Shown here: piece by piece, positions 8,951 to 17,550 of the stretch
Layout: every line of letters begins with the position of its first letter
How positions within the stretch are numbered: position 1 is the stretch's first letter
From: an archaeon
Lineage (GTDB): Archaea; Nanobdellota; Nanobdellia; Pacearchaeales; GW2011-AR1
Length of the DNA: 64,000 nt
Direction: 5' to 3'
Assembly: GCA_018697295.1 (NCBI GenBank)
Contig: JABHTJ010000001.1
Span: forward strand, 292-64,291
Made by a program: the position numbers and the translations under genes
Notes under the pieces: model-generated
What the model saw: only the letters and a program-made list of their open reading frames with translations
Database searches by the model: none
What the model was told of the DNA's origin: nothing

Positions 8951-11227
8951 TCAAACCCCAACTCTTTTCGCTTCCTTCGTTAACCAAGCATCCCATTCAG
9001 GGAAAACTCTTTCACTAGTAGGCAAACCAATTTCTTTTCCAACTTCACTTGAAATTTGATGAAAGGCATTATTCGATTTAACAGTAAAATCTGCCTCTAA
9101 CAACTCTGGCTTTCCCACTTTTTCGGCATAATCAACAACACGTTCCTTAATTTTTTGTCGAAGGACAACATTATCCCAAACGGCATCCCAATCTCCTGCC
9201 CAACCCTTAACATTAGACGCAATTTCTTTCATAATCTCGGAATCTCCATTCATCAAATCTTTAGTTGGCTTTAGGACATCGTCACGAACATCGTATTTCA
9301 TCAAATCAACAAAACCACCTTCAGTCAAGGGATCTTTCTCAAAATGTTTTCGAACTTCAGTAATTTGTAAAACTCTCCGCCAGGAAGTCAATCCATCAGG
9401 AGACTTAATAGGATTTGCAACAACAATTAAATCCGTTGCCTTAAACGACGTCAAGGGAACTTGCAAATCATTAACAACTCTATCAAAAACTGCATACGGG
9501 CTCCCACCATGAATGGTTCCCGCAACAACATTGGCAAGAGCCCCAACCCTCATAGCTTCATACAAAGCTTTTGCTTCACTAGATCGAATTTCTCCAACAA
9601 TTAAGGATGAATCTCCAAGACGAAGACTCGCACGAATCCCTTCTTCAGCCGCAACTTCAGTCGATTCACCCGCAAGCGCACTTCTAACTTTCATCGACAA
9701 AATATCATACTCAAGTTTTCTCATCGCACTAACTGGAAGTTCGAGTGTATCTTCAATTGTAATAATCCTATGAGTCGGCATAATTTCTAAAAGTAAACTA
9801 GAAAGAAGAGAAGTCTTCCCACTAGACCGAGTTCCAGCGACGAGAAGCGTTCGTGCACCATCAATCATAAAACTCAAAAGTCCAGCACCCAAAGAATCAA
9901 TCATTTTATTTTTTACAAAAAGTGGTAATGTCCAAGGCTTCGTTCGATGACGCCTTAAAGTGTATGCAAGTCCGCCTGCAGAAAGGGGTTGTTGAATAAT
10001 CGCAACTCTGGCGCTAATTTCTGCTAAATCTAAATTAGTATCTAAAATTGGATTCGCCTCGTCAAGTGCTCGCCCACTAGTCATCCGAAATTTAGCAGCC
10101 CATGAATCTGCATCTTCTTTTGAAGGAATTAAATTCGTAATACATTCATCATAATCATTATGGCGAACAAAAATTGAAGATAAAGAAACAGGTGCATTAA
10201 CCATAATATCTTGCAAAGATTCGTCCTGCAACAAAACCTCTAAAATTCCAAATCCAATAGTATAACGAACAAGAATCGTCGCAAGTTTCATAAGCCCATC
10301 GTATCCTAAATCAATTTGTTTATTCGACGCCAAATCAGAAAGCAAGTCTCGAGCAACATTAAAAAAAACCTGTCGCGTTCTTTCACTATCATTAAATTCC
10401 TCTTCTGTTGGTCGATGTTCAATCAAAACATTTCGCGCAAGATTAAGGAGCATATGATGATCTTCAGCAAGCAAGTATTCGGGAGGAGACAAGTGATAAA
10501 CAAGTTTCGCTTTATTCGGTCGTCGATAAATTGTGACAAGACTAGCGTCATATCCACGAGCAATAGTATATTGTTTTACAATCTCTGCATCTTTTGGAAT
10601 ATGAGCAACCATCCGAGTAAAAGTAAAATTCGGCATAATATCTGCTCGAAAAACTTTTGAATAAATTGTCCTATCTCGAAGAGGATAAGCTTCAAAAGAA
10701 CTTTTAAGTCGCTTCACAAGTTCCAAAGAATTGAAATGAGAAAGAATCTTCTCGAGAAGCAAAATGTAAGAATTATCTGAAGAACTTTGTTTGAGTAATG
10801 CTCGTTCTTCAAAAAGTTTTCCGCGAAGTTCTCGATAGGCACTAATAGGATCTTGTTTTAAGACATTCATAATAATATGGTTCAAAAAAGCATATGCAAC
10901 ATTGTAAGAATTGCCAAGCTTGGAAAGATTTTCTACAGAAAGTAATTTCTCTCGATTCACGACATAATCATATAGGTTCGAAATTTCTAAAAGAAGTTTT
11001 ACTTGAGAAAAATCATAAGAATAATTTCGTTGCTGAACAAAAACAACTCGAGATACATTAGATTCTTCTTTGAGATTGTCCATCGTTCGCGCCATCACCT
11101 CGGCAGATTCAGTAAGGGATGGAACAAACGTCGCCCCAAGATAATTAATATACATGACATTCTCTCCACTCTCTCGAAGAATCTCGTACGAATAAAGCGG
11201 AGTATTTTTTTTAAACATCATGGTCAA
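8951..11227 (-). CDS. Type II/IV secretion system ATPase (FlaI/PilB/VirB11 superfamily) with long N-terminal region
   Basis: Walker A is VAGTRSSGKTSLLSSL; also RIITIEDTLEL, GEIRSSEAKALYEAMRVG and GTIHGGSP motifs. Confidence 0.85.
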   Translation of the reverse strand: MTMMFKKNTPLYSYEILRESGENVMYINYLGATFVPSLTESAEVMARTMDNLKEESNVSRVVFVQQRNYSYDFSQVKLLLEISNLYDYVVNREKLLSVENLSKLGNSYNVAYAFLNHIIMNVLKQDPISAYRELRGKLFEERALLKQSSSDNSYILLLEKILSHFNSLELVKRLKSSFEAYPLRDRTIYSKVFRADIMPNFTFTRMVAHIPKDAEIVKQYTIARGYDASLVTIYRRPNKAKLVYHLSPPEYLLAEDHHMLLNLARNVLIEHRPTEEEFNDSERTRQVFFNVARDLLSDLASNKQIDLGYDGLMKLATILVRYTIGFGILEVLLQDESLQDIMVNAPVSLSSIFVRHNDYDECITNLIPSKEDADSWAAKFRMTSGRALDEANPILDTNLDLAEISARVAIIQQPLSAGGLAYTLRRHRTKPWTLPLFVKNKMIDSLGAGLLSFMIDGARTLLVAGTRSSGKTSLLSSLLLEIMPTHRIITIEDTLELPVSAMRKLEYDILSMKVRSALAGESTEVAAEEGIRASLRLGDSSLIVGEIRSSEAKALYEAMRVGALANVVAGTIHGGSPYAVFDRVVNDLQVPLTSFKATDLIVVANPIKSPDGLTSWRRVLQITEVRKHFEKDPLTEGGFVDLMKYDVRDDVLKPTKDLMNGDSEIMKEIASNVKGWAGDWDAVWDNVVLRQKIKERVVDYAEKVGKPELLEADFTVKSNNAFHQISSEVGKEIGLPTSERVFPEWDAWLTKEAKRVGV

Positions 11228-11344
11228 GCCAGTGAAAAGAAAATCTCATCACCTAGGAAACTAAATAAGAATCAATATTAAAATATATGTATAATCGCAC
11301 TCAACCTTTAACCAATTACGTCAAAAATTACAAAATCCAAAAAC

Positions 11345-11352
11345 ATTATAAA
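11345..11352 (+). promoter_or_regulatory. TATA-box-like element (ATTATAAA) about 27 nt upstream of the ATG at 11376
   Basis: Sequence and spacing. Confidence 0.4.
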
Positions 11353-11375
11353 TTCCAATAACTACAAGTTATCAA

Positions 11376-11756
11376 ATGGCAGAGCAAAAAACTCAAGGTG
11401 ATAACTTACAATTTCTTATGTCAGATTTTAACACGCGCCTTAGAGACCTTGATGAAAGAAATAGGTTGATTCGGGAAAGAGTTCTTCTCCTTGGAAAAAA
11501 TATAATCTCTTCGCGTCAAGAACTAGATGAAAGTATGGGCGAAATAAAAAAAGAAAATCAGGAGATTAAAAGAACACTCGAGAAACTACAACATACCTCA
11601 AAGCTACTCATTACAGAAATAAACAAATTTGTAAAGCGAGAAGAAATGGGGCTTGTGGAACGGATGTTAAAAGATTTTCAACCATTAGAGTTTATGAGAA
11701 AAAAAGATATCGAAAAAATGATCGAAGAAAAGATGGCGTCAAGTAAAAAAGATTAA
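11376..11756 (+). CDS. Coiled-coil hypothetical protein
   Basis: 126 aa, heptad-like and charged (LRDLDERNRLIRERV..EIKKENQEIKRTLEKLQ). Divergent from the pilus ATPase. Confidence 0.4.
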   Translation: MAEQKTQGDNLQFLMSDFNTRLRDLDERNRLIRERVLLLGKNIISSRQELDESMGEIKKENQEIKRTLEKLQHTSKLLITEINKFVKREEMGLVERMLKDFQPLEFMRKKDIEKMIEEKMASSKKD

Positions 11757-11791
11757 GAAAGAAATAAAAACAAGAAAAACTATAAGATAAC

Positions 11792-12517
11792 ATGGAATTA
11801 ACAGAAAAAATAATTGGGTTGCAAAATACTGGGGCGACAGAAGAACAAATAATTCAACAATTACAAAACGAAGGAAACTCTCCAAAAGCAATTTACGATT
11901 CATTAAATCAAGTACAAGTCAAAAATGCAATTTCTCCTCCACAAATGGCCTCCCAAGACCCAAATCAACCAAATGCATTACAGGAAATGCAAGAATATCC
12001 TCCTGCAAATTTTAATCCAAATCAAGCACCAGCACCAGAAAACGTCCAAGGACAAGTAGCTCCCGAAATGCAAGCACCGCCTGCACAGGAACAAGCACCA
12101 ATGCAAGAATACGCGGCACCACAAGAACAGCCACAAGATTATTACAACCAAACACCTCAGGCATATCCACAAGATCAAAATTATCCTTACCAACAAGAAT
12201 ACACAAGTACTGAAACAATCTCTGAAATTGCAGAGCAAGTAGTCTTAGAAAAATTCGATGATTTCGAAGAAAAAATGTCGGACCTAACAAATTTCAAGGA
12301 TTTAATTGAAAGCAGAGTCGACGATTTAAACAATCGACTTAAAAAAATTGAACAATCAATCTCTACACTAAACTCTGCAGTCATCGGGAAAGTTGGAGAA
12401 GTCGCACAAAACAATGCACTCATCCATAGAGATCTTGATAATCTTCACGGAACCGTATCAAAATTAATGAACCCACTAGTAGACAATCTTAATGCATTAG
12501 AAAAGAAAAAGAAATAA
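11792..12517 (+). CDS. Hypothetical protein: small N-terminal helical domain, P/Q-rich linker, C-terminal coiled coil
   Basis: Low-complexity QAPAPENVQGQVAPEMQAPPAQEQAPMQEY core; C-terminal LNNRLKKIEQSISTLNSAV. Confidence 0.4.
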   Translation: MELTEKIIGLQNTGATEEQIIQQLQNEGNSPKAIYDSLNQVQVKNAISPPQMASQDPNQPNALQEMQEYPPANFNPNQAPAPENVQGQVAPEMQAPPAQEQAPMQEYAAPQEQPQDYYNQTPQAYPQDQNYPYQQEYTSTETISEIAEQVVLEKFDDFEEKMSDLTNFKDLIESRVDDLNNRLKKIEQSISTLNSAVIGKVGEVAQNNALIHRDLDNLHGTVSKLMNPLVDNLNALEKKKK

Positions 12518-12543
12518 CTTCTTTAATTAATTTTAAAAAATTC

Positions 12544-13029
12544 TTAACCCTTAACCGCTTTTGGAAGAATCGTAAACGAAACAATTGCGGCAATAACTAA
12601 AAGTAAAATCATTCCAAACCATTCTGTATCAAACCAGCTTCGAACATATCCCCAACTAATTGCCCAATTAAAAACATATGCCGAACTCACAATAAAAAAC
12701 GCGACCATAAGGCCAACAACTACCCAACCAACCAAGCCTTTCTCAAAAATCTTAAGTGGAGCTTCTCCAGGCAAAAATGCAACCATAGTCACTAAAAAGA
12801 AAATTGCGACGACAATCACTCCAAACCACGCAGAGCTAAACTGAATAAATTCTACAAGAGAAGCTTCAACAACAAAAAAACTAGCCAGGATTAGTGAAAT
12901 AAAAATCGCAATAGTAGCATTATCTCCAAGAACTTTTGTCTTCATCAAAAGAGCATACACGACAATAAAGACTAACAAAAATGAAAATATCGGAAGAAAA
13001 TAACTCATTGCAGAAATTGTGGCAGCCAT
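12544..13029 (-). CDS. Membrane protein, paralog C of a tandem triplet
   Basis: Start moved to MAATISAMSYFLPIFSFLLVFIVVYALLMKTKVLGDN. Shares an N-terminal motif with the two upstream genes. Confidence 0.5.
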   Translation of the reverse strand: MAATISAMSYFLPIFSFLLVFIVVYALLMKTKVLGDNATIAIFISLILASFFVVEASLVEFIQFSSAWFGVIVVAIFFLVTMVAFLPGEAPLKIFEKGLVGWVVVGLMVAFFIVSSAYVFNWAISWGYVRSWFDTEWFGMILLLVIAAIVSFTILPKAVKG

Positions 13030-13030
13030 A

Positions 13031-13570
13031 TTACTCTTTTGCCCCCGCAGCAGAAGGTTTATGAGGTTTACCCTTGGAACCACCAATCGCCCAATAAATA
13101 ATCCCGATCAAACCACCAAGAATAACTAGGGACCAAAAATAATCTTGGAACCAAAAACTAAATCCCCCGTAACCAATCCAATCATCCCAACTTGCAAGAG
13201 TCCAGAGAACAACTCCAATCCCTGTCAAAATTCCAATCCACCGAAGACCATGTAGTCCCTTATCCCCAGAACCATCATAAAAGAATCCAAGAAGAATAAG
13301 CAGTACTAAAAATATTGAAAGTCCGACACCAAAGTGAGGGAAAATTATTCCAAAGAAAGCAGGAACTAAATCAAATTGCAATGCAAGAAGAGAAATTGAA
13401 ATTGAAATAATTGCTAAGAGCCCTTTATTTTCTTGATCACTTCCGGTAAGTATTTTCGTCTTCTGTAAAATTGCAAAAATCACCGCGAACATTAACAAAA
13501 AAGGGATGACATATGAGAACACACCAATTTGATCCCATTGATTCAAAATATCTGTCACCGTAACTGCCAT
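13031..13570 (-). CDS. Membrane protein, paralog B of a tandem triplet
   Basis: FSYVIPFLLMFAVIFAILQKTKILTG; multiple TM segments. Confidence 0.5.
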   Translation of the reverse strand: MAVTVTDILNQWDQIGVFSYVIPFLLMFAVIFAILQKTKILTGSDQENKGLLAIISISISLLALQFDLVPAFFGIIFPHFGVGLSIFLVLLILLGFFYDGSGDKGLHGLRWIGILTGIGVVLWTLASWDDWIGYGGFSFWFQDYFWSLVILGGLIGIIYWAIGGSKGKPHKPSAAGAKE

Positions 13571-13613
13571 AAAGAATAAAGCAAATTCGTATTTATATAT
13601 GTTTTGTCAAAAA

Positions 13614-14117
13614 CTATTCAGAAGGTCGACTTCCGCCACCAGAACTTCCACTCTTAACCGCGACCCAAACTGCACCAATAACCAATAACACAATCACAAT
13701 GTTCGTAAAGAGTCCTTCAGAACCATAATTTCCAGAAAACCAATCTAAGATTATCGTCCCAAGACCACTCACATAAATAACAATACCTAAGGTAAATAGT
13801 CCTGCCAAAATTCCAAAAGTAGTTTTCATCCATTTCGGAGTCCCGTCACCAGACATATCACCTGCAACAAAACCGTACAAAATTAAGAATACTAAAATCA
13901 CTGCAACACCAACCGATAACCACGGCATAAGATTAATCACAATATCTCTTGGAGTTGGAAGTCCAATCAATAAAAGTCCAATAACAAGACCAACCATCGC
14001 ATCAATTTGAGCCTTGCCATCACCCAAAATTTTAGACTTCTGTAAAATTGCAAACACAACTACAAAGATTAATAAAAACGGCAAAACCATCTCTGTAAAA
14101 AAAGCATTAAACACCAT
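13614..14117 (-). CDS. Membrane protein, paralog A of a tandem triplet
   Basis: MVLPFLLIFVVVFAILQKSKILGDG; multiple TM segments. Confidence 0.5.
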   Translation of the reverse strand: MVFNAFFTEMVLPFLLIFVVVFAILQKSKILGDGKAQIDAMVGLVIGLLLIGLPTPRDIVINLMPWLSVGVAVILVFLILYGFVAGDMSGDGTPKWMKTTFGILAGLFTLGIVIYVSGLGTIILDWFSGNYGSEGLFTNIVIVLLVIGAVWVAVKSGSSGGGSRPSE

Positions 14118-14133
14118 TATTTTTTGAAACCAA

Positions 14134-14412
14134 CTACATCAACTCTTCTTCATCATCTAGAGGCAAATTTTCCTCTTCTACCTGGACTGGAACAGCAGAT
14201 TTATTGATTATCATAATATCGCCAATGGCTTTGATAAATTGGTGCGGAACAATAATCCCTCGAGCACCGCCAAGAACCTGCATCATACCAGACTCCCGAG
14301 CAACAACAATTCTCCATCCATCAATCTTATTGTCAACAAGGTTAACTTCTTCAATCATTCCAAACAAATCGCCAGAATCCGTAAATACTCTCTTCCCAAG
14401 AATCTCGCTCAT
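14134..14412 (-). CDS. PRC-barrel domain protein
   Basis: MSEILGKRVFTDSGDLFGMIEEVNLVDNKIDGWRIV is a typical PRC-barrel N-terminus. Start moved to the internal ATG. Confidence 0.6.
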   Translation of the reverse strand: MSEILGKRVFTDSGDLFGMIEEVNLVDNKIDGWRIVVARESGMMQVLGGARGIIVPHQFIKAIGDIMIINKSAVPVQVEEENLPLDDEEELM

Positions 14413-14557
14413 TTTTTTTATCCGTAACATAACCTAATCACAATATTTTCATTTAAATAGATTTCTATTCAATAAAACATCATAAGGAAGTAGACAAAAG
14501 ATTTAAGAAAAACATTCAAAATAGGAATAATAAATAAATTAGTCAATTTCCACTAAC

Positions 14558-14565
14558 TTTATAAA
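14558..14565 (+). promoter_or_regulatory. TATA-box-like element (TTTATAAA) about 26 nt upstream of the ATG at 14587
   Basis: Sequence and spacing. Confidence 0.45.
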
Positions 14566-14586
14566 AAATCTTCACAACAATATATT

Positions 14587-15228
14587 ATGGAAAGTTCAAA
14601 AGATAAAGAAAGAATTATTCAAGAAATCGGAATCGTCATCTTGTCCGCATTTATCCTCGCACTTACAGTATCATTTTCAAAATTTCCAATTTTTTATGCA
14701 AGCCTCCTAAGCTTTGCAATAATCATCACAGTAAATGTTATCGCAAAAAAAATCGCAGGATATATGTTCGAGATAAAAGTAGACATTAAACCATGGACCT
14801 GGTATCAATTCGGATTTGTAAGCAAAATGCATTTTAAAAAACCGCTTCCAATGTTGTGGCTACCCCTAATAATCTCATGGATATCTAAAGGGACAGTCTG
14901 GTGGCTCGCAGTCCTAGAATTTGATGTATCTCCAAAAACAGAACGAATCGCAAGAAGGCACGGATTATACAGATATACACAAGTAACTGAATGGCATATC
15001 GCAATGATTGCAATGTGGTCCGTAATCGCAACAATCGTCGCAGGAATAATTGGATATGTCGCAGGATTCGAACTATTCGCAAAGCTCAGCATTTTCTACT
15101 CAGTCTGGTCAATCATCCCACTCTCATCCACCGACGGCTCAAAAATATTTTTCTCAAGCAGATTACTTTGGATGTTTATTGCCTCAATATTAGCAATTTT
15201 CTTCTTTTGGGGACTTGTAATAATTTAG
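14587..15228 (+). CDS. Polytopic membrane protein, possibly a degenerate site-2-protease (M50)-like protein without HExxH
   Basis: C-terminal WSIIPLSSTDGSKIF resembles the M50 NxxPxxxLDG motif. The position where HExxH would sit reads NVIAK. Confidence 0.3.
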   Translation: MESSKDKERIIQEIGIVILSAFILALTVSFSKFPIFYASLLSFAIIITVNVIAKKIAGYMFEIKVDIKPWTWYQFGFVSKMHFKKPLPMLWLPLIISWISKGTVWWLAVLEFDVSPKTERIARRHGLYRYTQVTEWHIAMIAMWSVIATIVAGIIGYVAGFELFAKLSIFYSVWSIIPLSSTDGSKIFFSSRLLWMFIASILAIFFFWGLVII

Positions 15229-15268
15229 ACAAACAAAAAACTATAAACTCAAGATTCAATTTCTAATT

Positions 15269-16813
15269 ATGAAAGAGTTATCAATGAAACCTAGAGATTA
15301 TCAAAGTTCAATTTTCGAAACTTGCGTCGAGAAAGATTGTCTCGTCGTCCTCCCGACAGGAACTGGAAAAACCCTTATTGCATTAATGGTGGCAATAGAT
15401 AGGTTCAAAAAATTTCCATTAGAAAAAGTCCTCATCCTAGCACCAACAAGACCATTGATAGAACAACATTTTGAATCCTTCAAAAAATTGCTCCCAGAAG
15501 GTTGGGCAGACATGCAATTATTTACTGGAAAAACACCTGCCACAAAAAGAAAAGAAATCTGGCAAACTGCAGAATTTATTTTTTCAACCCCTCAATGTAT
15601 TGCAAACGACGTCAACAAAATGCTATATCGCCTAGAAGATGTTAGCCTTTTGATCGTCGACGAATGTCATCGCTGTATGAAAAATTATGCCTACAATACT
15701 GTGGCACAAAAATACAAAGACCATGCAGAAAATGGGCGAGTTGTAGGACTAACAGCCTCACCAGGAGGAGATAAAGAAACAATCCATCAAGTCTGCAATA
15801 ATTTGGGAATAAAGGCCGTAGAAATAAGGACTAGAGAAAGTCCAGATGTCAAACCTTATTTGCAAGAGTTAGATTTTGAAAAGGTGGATATTGATTTTCC
15901 TGCCGAATTTGAAGATATTAGATTTTTATTAACCCAAATTTATAATCGAAAGGTGGCAGAACTAAAAAACAGAAAAGTTCTTTTTGGATTTGCATCAAAA
16001 ACAATGCTTCTTAAAACCCAGGCAAAATTGATGAAAGAATTGAAAAGAAGTAAAGATATGAATAAAATGCTCGCTGTTTCGGCATGTGCTCAAGCCCTTA
16101 AAATTTCTCATGCCCTCGAGCTCCTCGAAACCCAAACAATGTCTTCCTTCATCGCATATCTAAAAGATCTCTACAAACAAGCAGAGGAAAAAAAATCAAA
16201 AGGCGTCATTAAATTGACGACAGATAAATTTTTCTCAAAAGCATATTCTCTTGCAACCCAACTAAATAGAGAACATCCAAAATTAGATTACGTAGAAAAA
16301 TTAGTTGGAGAAGAAGTTTCAAAAGATCCAAAAGCAAAAATAATTATCTTCGCACAGTTTAGAGAAACGGTGAGAAAAATTTCTGAAACGCTCAACAAAA
16401 TTCCAAACGTAAAGGCAGATAATTTCGTTGGCCAGGCAATAAAAGACCATGGAAAGGGAAAAACAACTGGGCTCAAACAAAAAGAACAAAAAGCAATGAT
16501 TGAAAAATTCAAAAATGGAGAACTAAATGTTCTCGTCGCAACTTCAATTGCAGAAGAAGGCCTCGACATCCCAGAAGTTAGCGAAGTTATTTTCTATGAG
16601 CCAGTCCCTTCAGCAATTAGAAAAATACAGCGAGCAGGAAGAACTGCAAGGTTAGCCCCAGGAGCATTAAAAATTCTCGTAACAAAAAACACACGCGACC
16701 AAGTCTACCACTACGCAGCCCACCACAAGGAAAAAAGGATGCATTCGGCAATCGACCAAATCAAAAAAGGATTTGATGATAAAGAAAAAGTGGAGCAAAA
16801 AGAATTATTTTGA
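15269..16813 (+). CDS. hef: Hef/FANCM-type SF2 helicase (helicase part only)
   Basis: VVLPTGTGKT (motif I), LLIVDECHRC (DECH), TASPG, and VATSIAEEGLDIPE..QRAGRTAR motifs. Confidence 0.8.
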   Translation: MKELSMKPRDYQSSIFETCVEKDCLVVLPTGTGKTLIALMVAIDRFKKFPLEKVLILAPTRPLIEQHFESFKKLLPEGWADMQLFTGKTPATKRKEIWQTAEFIFSTPQCIANDVNKMLYRLEDVSLLIVDECHRCMKNYAYNTVAQKYKDHAENGRVVGLTASPGGDKETIHQVCNNLGIKAVEIRTRESPDVKPYLQELDFEKVDIDFPAEFEDIRFLLTQIYNRKVAELKNRKVLFGFASKTMLLKTQAKLMKELKRSKDMNKMLAVSACAQALKISHALELLETQTMSSFIAYLKDLYKQAEEKKSKGVIKLTTDKFFSKAYSLATQLNREHPKLDYVEKLVGEEVSKDPKAKIIIFAQFRETVRKISETLNKIPNVKADNFVGQAIKDHGKGKTTGLKQKEQKAMIEKFKNGELNVLVATSIAEEGLDIPEVSEVIFYEPVPSAIRKIQRAGRTARLAPGALKILVTKNTRDQVYHYAAHHKEKRMHSAIDQIKKGFDDKEKVEQKELF

Positions 16814-16815
16814 AA

Positions 16816-17511
16816 ATGAAAAAACAACTCCACAACATCTTCTCAAAAAAAACTTCGCCAAATCAAATTCCAACATGCCCAAATCCCAATACAAAAATAA
16901 TCATCGACACAAGGGAAAAGCAATCTTTAATCGCAGCAAACTTAATTGAACAAAAAGCGAATTGCGAATTTGAAAAACTTGACATTGGAGATTATTTAAT
17001 CAACGACACAATAATTGAGAGAAAAACATTCCCAGATTTTATTTCATCAATGATAAACAAGCGATTACAAGAACAATTAATCAACCTAAAAAAATATCCT
17101 AAACAATTTCTTCTCCTAGAAGGATTTTATTATAACTATCAAGATTTTAACATTCATGAAAACGCAATCAAAGGAATGCTTATTTCAATCGCAACAGATT
17201 TTAAAATTCCAATAATTTATACAGAAAACGAAAAAGACACCTCAAATTTTTTAATTCTAACTGCAAAAAGATATGAAAAGAAAAAACGAGTATTATCCAT
17301 TCGCCATTTAAAAAATTCTAAATCACTTGAAGAACAAAAACAATTCATCTTAGAAGGCTTTCCAGGGGTTGGTCCCACAATCGCACAAGAACTTCTCAAA
17401 AAATATAAAACACTAAAAAATATTTTCAAAACAAGAGAAGAAGAATTAGAAGAAATAAAAAGCTTTGATAAAAATAAGGTTGAAAATTTTAAAAGATTAT
17501 TCGAAAGTTAA
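16816..17511 (+). CDS. ERCC4/XPF-type nuclease with C-terminal HhH2 (Hef nuclease part)
   Basis: IIDTREKQS, GDYLI and ERKTFPDF ERCC4 motifs; C-terminal LEGFPGVGPTIAQELLKKY. ATG lies 2 nt after the helicase TGA, in another frame. Confidence 0.8.
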   Translation: MKKQLHNIFSKKTSPNQIPTCPNPNTKIIIDTREKQSLIAANLIEQKANCEFEKLDIGDYLINDTIIERKTFPDFISSMINKRLQEQLINLKKYPKQFLLLEGFYYNYQDFNIHENAIKGMLISIATDFKIPIIYTENEKDTSNFLILTAKRYEKKKRVLSIRHLKNSKSLEEQKQFILEGFPGVGPTIAQELLKKYKTLKNIFKTREEELEEIKSFDKNKVENFKRLFES

Positions 17512-17550
17512 TTCCAAAAACCTTAAAACACCTCAAAAACTTCAAATCTT

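Noticed and set aside
11978-12423. Three antisense ORFs inside the P/Q-rich gene. Many similar 60-110-aa antisense ORFs occur elsewhere, for example at 507..779, 903..1235, 9513..9773, 10316..10660, 40661..41200 and 58112..58504.
   Set aside because: Each is fully nested, on the opposite strand, within a longer ORF that has clear family motifs. Their products are low-complexity and typical of AT-rich antisense frames.
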